Shown one piece after another: positions 53,563 to 64,000 of a stretch of 64,000 nt of DNA. Origin of the DNA: Chlorokybus atmophyticus (lineage: Eukaryota; Plantae; Mesostigma and Chlorokybus algae); NCBI GenBank assembly GCA_009103225.1, contig RHPI01000193.1, positions 363,531 to 427,530 of the forward strand, read 5' to 3'. Both the position numbers and the translations under genes were made by a program. The number at the start of each line of letters is the position of its first letter. The first letter of the stretch is position 1. The notes beneath the pieces were generated by a model that was not told where the DNA came from, searched no databases, and worked only from the letters and a program-made list of their open reading frames with translations.

Positions 53563-53754
53563 TCCATTGATCCAAGCCTTCCTTTTCTCAGGCAGGCAGC
53601 ACAACGCTGCATAGCTAGAGGGAATAAACGAGAACTCTTACCATCCAGTCAGACTTACCAAGTCTGAAAGGATGGTAAGAGTTCTCGTTGATTCCCTCTA
53701 TGCTATGCAGCGTTGTGCTGCCTGTCTGAGAAAAGGCAGGCTTGGATTAATGGA
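53563..53754. mobile_element. 192 bp foldback element (MITE-like or hairpin RNA) flanked by a 4 bp direct repeat AGTC
   Basis: Arms of ~90 bp are near-perfect reverse complements (tccattgatccaagcc...gagaactcttaccatcc / ggatggtaagagttctc...ggcttggattaatgga). AGTC at 53559-53562 and 53755-53758. Confidence 0.8.
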
Positions 53755-53942
53755 AGTCGACGATCGTACCAATTCAGACATATCTGCTCAGTAAGGTGAG
53801 CTCCCGTGAGCATGTGCAAGCCACACCAGAGTACTACCGCCTACGATTGCCAATCATGTTCTTTACCCAACCGTACTCTACACCCCACTTCAATGCGTTG
53901 CAGTGTGGCGCAGCTCAACGCAGTTGCCCATGTCAGTCACTG

Positions 53943-53976
53943 CTCTGGTTGCGGCTGCATGCAGCCGCAACCAGAG
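53943..53976. repeat. Perfect 34 bp palindrome
   Basis: ctctggttgcggctgcatgcagccgcaaccagag equals its own reverse complement. Confidence 0.95.
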
Positions 53977-56900
53977 TCGTACGGGCTGTGAGACATCAAC
54001 GCAGTTGAACAGCATACTAGAGGCCAAGGTTGGGTACAAGTACAGAGCATAGTTGCATGAAGAAGAGCAACCGTGGGATGGGGAAGCTGAACTACTACTA
54101 GTTTGATCACAGACTCCAACTGGCAGAAAACCGGAGGTTCGCATTGCAACTCAAGGTGCACTGCGGTCGTGGCAACCTAAGTAAGCACGTACCTACATGC
54201 AGGCTTAGGCGGGTGCAGTGCGCCGGCGGGGCCTATCCTCTGCCTGCTCCTTGTGCTCCGCCTCCTGCCGCTGGTTCGCCGCCGCAGTGAGCAGCAGTTC
54301 GAACTGTTGGCGGGGTGCCACCGTGGCACATGAACGGCAGGCCGGTGTCAGCAGTGCGTGTGGTGTCTTAATCGGCTTACCGGTAGGCCCTTAGCGGGCG
54401 GACAAAGTTATATAATTCAGAATGAGTACAAGTACCACTGTCAAGTAGGCCTAGATCACTCGATGACGTAGTCGCTATCTATAAAATTTAACTTCATCAA
54501 ATGACAACATTGTCTACAATGAGTTTCGCCTGTTAATCGTATGCTATCTCATGCGCATGCATATCCACGCAGTATAAGATGTCGTGCCATGAACATTTGC
54601 TATACCTCATATGCAATACTACAGCGCATGCAGCGAGCAAGTTTATGCACGATTACGAAATCTTAGCGTAATGCTTGCAAGCTCGTGTCATTCATTACTT
54701 GGTGTACATTTACATTTCTAGTGTTAACTTCACTAACTCGTAATAAGATATATAAATGCAAACATATTGCAAAGCTTTTCATACTAAGACCGGTCAATTT
54801 AAGGCTTGTATGTTCGAGAACAACCCAATTATACATTTAACTCAATGCCATAAACTTCACAAAGAATTGTTTGGAGCGAGGCTTGTATGCTCGGGCTTAT
54901 TGATATTTTGTTGTTTAATATACATTGGTCACGCTACAATATGAATGTATCAACATCTCATAATACGAATAACTCCACGCGTATGATCAATAACGAATGC
55001 TTACGTAAATTCTGGTTGCATTAATCACCCATAGCGATATGCATAGTCTGAGTTAACAATATGAGTTTAATAAGTGTACTTATGTTGCACATGGTGTTTA
55101 TAGCGTACTTTGTGCGTTTCTGATAAGTTATAATGTTATGTCAAAGCTTGTATTTGTCACAATCGTCACTCCGTACCAATCAGTGCATCAATGCAATATC
55201 CACGTAGCGTCGTTGCCCTCAACAACTGGAACTTGAAGCAGCGTGGTCCGACCACTCGCAAACCATTCTCCTGTAATTGCCACAACTGTGAGTCGCTGTA
55301 ACATCGGCACCTTCAACGCAAATTTTACACGGTGACTGACCAGGGACTGAAGAACTGACGGGTGCTTGAGCCTACCTGCCGCTGCCTGAAATCTCTTTTT
55401 AACTGTTGGGTTTGCCGTTGGCTTTTGTGAGTTGACGCAGACAGCCGCGGGCCGAAAGTGGTTGTCAGTGGCACTGTCTAGCCGAGAGTTTTCAACCAGT
55501 TACCCTTTGGTCAATGTGCACAGACGGCCGTAAGCAGGTAGTTACGGACACCTGACAACAATTGCCGGCAATTGCCTTGCCGTTACACTGCTGTTGATAT
55601 ATGACCCTTATCGTTTGATAGAAGTTGACAATTCTTGCCAACGCTAACATGCCATGCAGCTTGTACAAACCTTGGACTAATTGTTTGGTCTTGCAACCAT
55701 AAGCCCACAATGTATACAACATACTGGCAGTGGTGAGCACTTGCAACCAAGCAGCCGTCTTGCGCATGAACCTACCTATAACATTGAATCTAGCTGTCGC
55801 ACTTATGCGCAGCTTGTCAACCCGTGGTGCTTGCCTTAAAACTCCTCTTCAACCCCCTCCTGTCCCTCCTCCGACAAGTCTTCTGCTTCAACATCGGAGT
55901 CATCTTCATCTGCTGCCTCATTCGTTGACAATACAGCGGCCACTTCGTCCTTCAGCTTGAATATCGGCACCTCGCTGTGCACGCGCACGCGCTTGATGGT
56001 CGCTTTAAGAGTTGCCACCTGCATTTGGTAATGCTATAAGAGTAACGTGCTGCTAAAGGATTAGCCCATCAGCATACGCATGCTTACCTTGTCTTCCGCT
56101 TTGTCGCACTCCGCCAGGCAAACAATCAGCCTGCCGCGCTGCTCTTGGTTTTCTCTGGCCAACATGGCAATCTGCAAGCATACTGCTTAATTGCCGCTGG
56201 AAACATTCAACTAGGTTATGGATTACCCGTTCGTGGTACTCCGCAGCTTCTCTTTTGCGACTTGTGAGCTCCCTCAAGTAGAAATAGGCTGTGCATTTGC
56301 GAGATTAGTCATGCTGTTCATGTGCATGACACTGGAGGCTGTGCATGAGGGTGTGCATGTGGTATTGACAGTGTATGTCATGTGATACTTGAGGCTGTGC
56401 ATGTGCAAGATAAAGGAACCTAGCATGTGGCATTGACAGTGCATCGTAACCCACCTTGGTTATGCTAGTCTTGTTTGGTCCCCTCAATTATGTCGCCGTG
56501 GTTGCAGCTGCTGGTGGGTCGGATGTTCTTAAAGGTAGTATTGTGGTGAGCCTTTTCCCACTCGGAGGGGGAGCCCCGTAAGGTATCGCCTAAGTCACTG
56601 TTGTCATTTGCTGTGCCCTTGGTAAGCATGGTGGGGTTTGACACCAAGGGTTTGACACCCCACCGGCACCTTGCCCGCCCTGTGCGAACATGGCCTTCAT
56701 CCCGGACCTCGACCACAACGCCCACCACGCCCCTGGCAGCGCCGCCGGCGATCCACCAAACGCCACATACCCTCAGCATCACCGCCCTGTAAGGGCATAG
56801 CTTGGCGGAGCCGTCAATGGTGTCATGCGCAGGGACTGCCATTGCCATTGTACAAAGGTACCATTCCAATAGTACGTTTTGCCGCCAAAGGCATCTTCAT

Positions 56901-57148
56901 ACCATTGAAACGGTACAATTAGGATATTTATACAGACTCACCCCACCTTGGACATGCAATGGCTCGATCGTACCATAATAATGGTACGATAGAGCCATCA
57001 CGCCAGTGAATGGCGGCCAAGTTTCCCGCCTCTGGCATGCAAGGGAAGCGGTAGCGGTGGCGGTGGCGGCGACGGCGGCGGGTGTGCGTGTTGCTGGATA
57101 TGATGCAGGTTACATTGGCGACACCTGTGTCGACGTTAGTAGTGAGAT

Positions 57149-60100
57149 ATGGGAGTCCTTTGTCCGTATTGCCACATGCGCTTCGCCACACGCAGCTCGG
57201 TCTACATGCACATTATTAGCAGCAGGGTGTGCAAGCAGATCAAGCTGTATGTCGGCCAGCGTCCATTACAGTACGATGCGGATCATGTTGAACCGGGGAG
57301 TTCGATCCAGGATGCTTACATGCTTGATGCTGAAGGATTCCTTCAGGAGACACACGCACAGCAGCAACAGGAGGAGGAGGAAGTGAACGAGGGCTTTCGA
57401 TGTGTGCGTGTGCCTGAGAAACCTGTGGCACGCCAACATGGAAGTGGAGGCGTCCCTTCGCACGCGTCGGAATCCAGGTGGTATGGCTCTGAGCATGCTC
57501 TTGCAGTGGCATTCGTGCAGTGCAACAACGGCCAAGGCCTGTCGGCCTCCGACATGGGGCGGATCATCAAGTGCATCCGAAATGCACACTTCTTGACGGA
57601 AGAGCTCCAGTGGGAGACCGGTGTGCATGCGGCCAGCTACCTCCGGACCACGATTGCTTTCTCTCAGTCTGAGGTGTGTTCACGGTGTGCGGTGCATGTG
57701 CTTCAACCATCAGAGCCATGTCACATATGCACATGCGAGTGTGCTGCCGTATCAGAACTACGTGACGGCTGACCTGCGCAAGCCCGGAGACCCTGAGGAT
57801 CAGGACATCTGCGTCACATATATGCCGGCCAAGGTCTGTGAAATGCAGTACCTAATGCAGTATCGATGCAGTATCTATTCTGAGGCCAGCATAGTAAGTA
57901 ATGCTCTTGGTCGGAGCAGGTATGGCTCACACGGTTGTATGGCAATCCACATGTCGCCAATGGCTTCAATCTCCAGTACACTGGTGACGAGCACACTTTG
58001 GCCATCCTTCCACGGGCGATTGGTGGAAGGATGTGGAGGTGGATTTGAGGAGAGAGGTGGGGGAAGCGTCCTACTTGGCGCCTGCCATTCTGTACAGTGA
58101 CAAGACCACGCTGGACAGCGCGGGCAAGCGCTCTGGCTACCCTNTGGTGGCATCGCTGCTCGACAGTGAGGGCAACGATTTCTTCACCATTGCTGCCGCA
58201 TCGCTTGCCCAGTGGAACAAGAAGTTGCTGAAGGCGCATGAACACACAAGAGAGACCCTGACCACAGCCGACAACGAGCTGGCAGCCGACAACGAGCTGG
58301 CCTTCAAAGCTGCAGTGTTGCATCCGCTACTGTCGTCATATTCTGCACAGAAGTCAGGTTGGAAGATCGAGAAGATGCATCAGCTCACTCATTTTGGGCC
58401 GGCAATTGTCAGCAGTGGACACCCAGATTGGTTCAGCGCCAACCGCATGGAGCAGACGCACGCCCAAAATATCAAACGGTGGGCGCGTGGTGGCAACAAC
58501 CGGGACTACCAGGCACGTATCCTGAAGGCATGGANGCTCGCACGCACTGTGTCGGGCAACCAAACACGACATCCTTGCGATGTTTGTCTCGTCACCAAAT
58601 CAGATCTGTTGGAGATGGATGAGGACCGGGAATTGAGAACCGAGGCCTTCTACACACCAGCAATACGTCAGCTGCGGGCGGACCTGCATAGCGGTGTTAG
58701 GAATGCACGCCAGACAGCCAAGGCTTTCAAAGAGCAGCACTCCATGCATGTCGAGGAGGTAATGGTCAAATTACCGGCATTCGTGAGGATGAATGGCTTT
58801 CCGTGAAACCAGGCAATGTGGTTTGGCAACAGAATGCACTGTGGGGTTGGCGACAGTCGCGGGTGCCGGGAGCTGACTGCTACTCTCGTCTTGCCCCTGA
58901 CGCAATGCATGTGCTGGGAGGCATCATTGACCACCTGCTTGCTGCTGTGTACGACGCCGCGAAGGAACGAATGCGTCCATCCACGAGACAGATTCTGCAG
59001 GCCAGGCACGTCTTTGGTGTTGCTTTTGTGTTGAACACAAAAGCCAACAACACGTGCTCACGAGCAGATGTGCACAGGCTGAATGCATGCAAGGCGACTC
59101 TGCGGGTTTCGCACTTCAAGGCACCCACAAGCACAGTAGATTTCTTCCTGTCCGACCACTCCTTTCAGGTGGTGGAGAAAGTGGCGGTGCTGCAGCTGCT
59201 GCCGGTCCTCGCAGACGGTTTGCTGCTCGACAGTGAGGGCAACGATTTCTTCACCATTGCTGCCGCATCGCTTGCCCAGTGGAACAAGAAGTTGCTCAAG
59301 GCGCATGAACACACAAGAGAGACCCTGACCACAGCCGACAACGAGCTGGCAGCCGACAACGAGCTGGCCTTCAAAGCTGCAGTGTTGCATCCGCTACTGT
59401 CGTCATATTCTGCACAGAAGTCAGGTTGGAAGATCGAGAAGATGCATCAGCTCACTCATTTTGGGCCGGCAATTGTCAGCAGTGGACACCCAGATTGGTT
59501 CAGCGCCAACCGCATGGAGCAGACGCACGCCCAAAATATCAAACGGTGGGCGCGTGGTGGCAACAACCGGGACTACCAGGCACGTATCCTGAAGGCATGG
59601 AGCTGTGCGGAATATGTGAGAGAGGATGGCATGGTCGTGGATCCCGAGATGCGCTCGGTCATGGCGCAGGCGCGGCAGCAGTGCTGTAATGTCATGGAGA
59701 AGACGGACAAGTTGCTACGGATGGATGTGCTGACAAGGAGGGAGTCCAGCCCGTACTGGAGCGGATCTGCGCGTAGCCGCCAAGTCGCCTTGAAGACTCC
59801 ATTCGCCGACAAGCTGCCTGCCACCCTGGACAGCTGGTTGAGGAGGGAACAACTGGAGTTGGCCGACGGGTGGCGTGCTGTTCGCGTGGTGAACGGAGGC
59901 GCAGCGGTGTACATGACATCAGGAGTCAGCATGGCGCGCGCAACTGGGATGTTCCATGGGCGGCCTTGGTTCTCTACACTTGAGTTGGAAGGTGATGAGG
60001 ACGGTGTGAACGTGACGTGGTGGGCTCAGGCACTCCTTTTTTTGCGCGTGGTGGTGTGGGGTGGTAGCGGCGAGCGCGTGTGGAAGGAGGTCGTGTTTGT

Positions 60101-60305
60101 CCGCTGGTACACGAAGCTGGATGTGACGAGCGACACAAAGTGCATCGCTCTGGAATGGGAAAAGCGTCGAGGCGGTCCACATCTCGATGTCGTGACTCTG
60201 GAGCAAGTAAAAGGCATTGTTCAGATGCTCCCCATGTTTGACAAGGACAGCGCCCGTGTACAAGAGGGCAAGTATTGGGTGAACGTTCACTGCACTTCCA
60301 CGTGA
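57149..60305 (+). mobile_element. Plavaka-type (CACTA/EnSpm-related) DNA transposase, intron-containing, partly mis-assembled
   Basis: N-terminal C2H2-like CPYCHMRF.....H; NNGQGLS..DM..II; HPSTGDWWKD; AILYSDKTTLDSAGKRSGYP; PCDVC; PDAMHVLGGIIDHL; KMHQL.HF..AI...G....FSAN..EQTH; C-terminal PWFS.LE...WWAQ..LFL....FVRWY...V.TL..V...V.M.P.F. These are motifs of Plavaka transposases. There is a 1-nt frameshift near 58005 and single-N joins at 58144 and 58535. Confidence 0.85.
58155..58533 (+). repeat. Near-identical duplicate of 59222-59600, bracketed by single Ns (assembly collapse or a second element copy)
   Basis: Same sequence, including an internal 18 bp tandem (ADNELA x2). The one difference noted is synonymous: CTG at 58228-58230 versus CTC at 59295-59297. 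Confidence 0.9.
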
Positions 60306-60508
60306 CACATGTACTTGTCTCACTACTCTCAGTTTGGAGCATATCAGTCAGTTAGGCATTGCTAATCGTATGCTAAGACTTTTGCATGTGGACGTGTACA
60401 ATATCGGGCAGCTGTCACTGCACAACTGTCACCACAATCGAATGATCCATGCAACATTCAACAATCAGTCCGCCGTGTGGCATTAAGCATCAATACAGTG
60501 CACCACAC

Positions 60509-61812
60509 TCAAGCCTCATAGTTCCATGACACAGGAGGGTAGTCACAGCGCATATCCATTGTTTCAAGCATGAGACGCCCTATGCACTCCGCCATTGCGG
60601 GAGGAACTGCATTCGCTATGGAAACGGCCGAGGTCATCCATGGCATTTGCAGCGCTGTTTGCCACGCAGCAATGCCGCCCCTGGTGCTTGGAAGGCCATA
60701 GACCGGGTACATTTGCTGTGGCGCGTTTGATGTCACNGCACCAAGCATGGTCTCCTAGGTGAGGGTGATTCAACTGCCGCCGACATCATGCAAAATAGGA
60801 ATCGGCACGGCTGCCCACAAACTGAGCGAGACTTTAGGGTATGGGCATCAATTTAGGGTTGCCAGCTTACGAACCCTAAATGGGTCAAACTTCGAGTGAA
60901 GCACGACTGTACCTTATACGCTATTGCAGTACCATGCATGGTACTACATCAACATGAATGGTACTCTATCTGTTAATGGTACTACAGTACAAGGATACTC
61001 GCATACTACCACGATCGTAGAGTAATACTGTGCTGTCATGCCATGGAACCCANACGTCCCGTTGAGGTGCCGGGATAGCCCCTGAATAGGCCTGGCATGG
61101 TGGACTGGCCCACATGAGCTCGGACTCGCTCAGCTCTCCTGCACTCAGGGTGCATACATCGCGGTGTATGAAGGGCAGCGGGTACTCAGAGGAGGGACTT
61201 ATGTCCATCCCGGTCACGTCAAAGCCTGCGTGGTATAGACCGACACTGGCACCGCCACCGCCGCAGAATAGGTCGAGTGCCCTTGGTCTGCGTGTGCGTC
61301 CCAGCTTGTTGTCAAATGGCGTGTATGTGGTCAAGGCTGGCCGTGGTGCTGGCCAGGGACTAACAATGATGCCGTCCGGGCTTACTTTGCGACTGACGTT
61401 CTCCCCTCCGGCGCGCAGAACATGGCGTGCCCCGTCAACTGATGTGTACGCGAATACGTTGTGCCCTTTGAAGTTGATGGTTTGTGGTCGATCACCGTCA
61501 TCGAATACTATACGGTGCTGCCCTGCAAAGACATTTTCCATTGCACCATGCATATATGATGCGTCCTCAATCTCGCACGCCACGAAGCGATGCTGACCTG
61601 ACGCTTGCTTGAATGATTCCACAACGCCCGCATACCCCATATTCCCCATCCAGCGGCCAATGCACCATGACACTCACACCGATCAGCTGCTCGCATCCCA
61701 ACTTAACTGCGTTCCGCAGCTGATGCAGTGCGCTGTCCAACGGTCGATGGTCTGCCTCCTCTACAGCGGCCAGGGGATGGAACTGCCCACGCCCACACCG
61801 TGCAAGACTGCT
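60509..61812 (-). CDS. Tudor-like domain fused to a bacteriophage/bacterial-type C5 cytosine DNA methyltransferase; spliced; middle missing at assembly joins; one frameshift
   Basis: Motif I RALDLFCGGGGASVGLYHAGFDVTGMDI (~61195-61285); YP..F...D; motif IV WASPPCQAYS (~61085-61115); C-terminal VYG...GG...WQTALQMPWMT....IANAVPPAMAECIGRLML (60509-60736). Upstream LIGVSVMVHWPLDGE / YAGVVESFKQAS|GQHRIVFDDGD is Tudor-like, after removing a 75 nt GT-AG intron (61523-61597) and allowing a frameshift at ~61631-61645. Confidence 0.82.
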
Positions 61813-61956
61813 CTGAATGCGACAACAGCTTCAACATGCATGAAATAAGCATACGCCCAACATAACATGCAGTGATACGTCGCGGTCCACTCTNNNNNNN
61901 NNNNNNNNNNNNNNNNNNNNNNNNNNNNNNNNNNNNNNNNNNNNNNNNNNNNNNNN

Positions 61957-63137
61957 GGCTCTTCAATGCGACAGATCAGCACACATGGTGCACGCGGGTG
62001 TGCAAGCTGCCTCTGCCACCAAACTCTGTTATCGCGTCGCAGGCGTAGCGACTCCCATCTGAATGGCGCAGCATAACGCTCCACTGCCTGCTCGATCACC
62101 TGACGCCCATCTGCCACCATACACCACCTGCTGGTCTTGGTGGTCACGTCCAGCATGCGTTCATCCAGGCCCTCGACATGGCTGTCGTCACTCGTGTACT
62201 CCCCCGCATCGTCATTTATTTCGAGCTTCCACAGAATCAGCTCGACGTGCCGTATGACATACAACCACTGCCAGCCAAAGCATGCCAAGTACAGCTCGAA
62301 TGGTTTGACTTGCCACCCAGTATGTTTGCTCAGGTAGTGGCACACATCTCGACCCGCATTAGTCGACATCGATAGGTACATCTGATGCAGCAGGTCGAAG
62401 TTCTGCTCCGCAGATAGCTCTTGCACATTGCCGGGGTGCTGCGGCAGCAACAACACCATCATATCGAGGACGGCGAGGGGCAACAACTTAATACGGATGG
62501 CCATATCGTGTGTGGGTTCCAACCACGGCCAATCCCCAGAGGTATGTTTAGACCGCATTCTCCGCGTTTGCTCCCACTTATTGCAAACTTTCGTCACCCA
62601 TCTCGAGGCATGCCGCATGCGGTAATGCTGCGCGTCTTGGGCGTACTGTAGGATGATCAACTCCTTTGCACTACGAGTCAGCCCCCCAAAGCGTCTGCGC
62701 GTCGGTGCTTTGAGCTTAGGCAGCTCGTGCCGCACCGGCTGTCTCTTTGGACGATGCTGAGCAGCCACTTGACGCTGTAAACCCGCCTGTGCCTACTCAG
62801 GACACACAGTCAGCCCCAGTGAGGCTTCAAGGCGCTGCGCTTCTTCTAATGTTGTAACGATGCCTCACCTTTCCTTTTTTGGTCCTGTCAGCGTCCTTTG
62901 TTCCAACAACCTTCTTCTTTTGTTTTTTGTCACCCTGCACATCCTGGCAGGCGCTCTCCGTGGCACTGTCACTCAGAGGAGGTAAGGCGTTATCTTCTTG
63001 CTCCACAGCCTTGCGCTTGTTGGTTGCCTCCCGTTCCTCCACGACCTCATGTTGCTTCATGAGGTCGAGCATGAAGCCTTTGTCTTTCAGCGCAGCTTTC
63101 AGGACACCTCGATCAATCTCTTTACCAACAAGACAGG
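61957..63137 (-). CDS. Spliced ORF of unknown function, probably the 5' part of the Tudor-methyltransferase gene
   Basis: Open frames 63137-62869 and 62786-61957 join in phase through an 82 nt GT-AG intron (AAG|GTGAGG...GCACAG|GCG). Basic NLS-like stretches. Separated from the MTase exons by an N gap (61894-61956), so linkage is inferred. Confidence 0.5.
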
Positions 63138-64000
63138 NNNNNNNNNNAGAGTCACAGTGACTGATAAAGTACCTGAGTTTGGGGCAGACTGCCGGCTTCA
63201 ACTTGCAGCGGGTGGGGTAAGGTAGGTGCAGAAGCCACATCGGTTGTTGCATTGTGCTGTGGTCTCGCCGATGGCGGCAAGAAGGATTGTTACCCCGCAA
63301 TCCCCGGTGCTGCTCGTGGAGGAGATGGCAGTGCACGAAGGACTGGTGCCGCGGAAGGTGGTTGCGCTCTGGCTGGGAGGGGAGCAGGAGCTGCAGGTGA
63401 GACCACTTGTGCATGCAGCAAGGGGGGCTGTATACAAAACCCATGATAAGATGGCTCACAATGTTGCAAAGGACGAATATAAGCTTATGCAGTGCCTGAC
63501 GCATTGTTACCAAGGCACGAGCATAAAAGACAGCGACTTACCTCAATGGCCCGTGGGCTGCATGGAGCAGGGGAAGCCATGGGGGCTGACAAGGTGGTAT
63601 TGGCTGCACTCTCCCCGCCACCCTCCATGGCAGACTCGTCACGGAGCTCTTGAGCCATGGGCACATCATGCGCCACTGCCCCAATGGACATGTCGGGATT
63701 CAACAGGCCAACATGCATGTTAAACTGATGCCGCATTGCCGCCGCGCCCATCAGCAAGTGGGATTGAAGGACCAGTTGATGGGATTGAATCCAGGCTTGC
63801 ATAGGAGCTCCAACAGGACTTAGTGCACTGTGGTGCTGTCAACCAATCACATGTGGGTTAGCTGCATGCTTGCGACACTGCAATTGCAATAGTCAAGTGC
63901 GTCACACCGTCATCAGTTGGTTGCTTCGAACAGTCACCTGCGGCATTGCTGGTTGATGCACGAATGATTGCATGGACTGCGTCATTGCTGGTTGATGCAC

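Noticed and set aside
63226-63723. Plus-strand 165 aa ORF
   Set aside because: No recognisable motif, it overlaps the minus-strand ORF, and it lies beyond an N gap at the window edge.

Overview
Eukaryotic nuclear DNA with short GT-AG introns rich in (CA)/(TG) and several N gaps. The plant-like gene set suggests a green alga, possibly an early-diverging streptophyte (inference). The left ~35 kb is gene-rich: LPA3, a synaptotagmin-type SMP+C2 protein, a conserved plastid-targeted protein of unknown function, an AGD8/9/10-type ArfGAP, an NRAMP1-type transporter disabled by two in-frame stops, a DUF1622 membrane protein with a transit-peptide-like extension, and KOBITO1. The right ~28 kb is mostly mobile or decayed DNA: a degenerate PHD-finger gene with tandem exon duplications, fragments resembling Harbinger, CRE-type non-LTR and MULE elements, foldbacks and palindromes, and a Plavaka-type transposase. 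The most striking feature lies convergent to the Plavaka transposase (60.5-63.1 kb, minus strand): a spliced gene that fuses a Tudor-like domain to a short bacteriophage/bacterial-type C5 cytosine DNA methyltransferase, a candidate methyltransferase cargo gene of a DNA transposon. That region is partly mis-assembled (single-N joins, a duplicated segment), so element boundaries and intactness cannot be established from this window.
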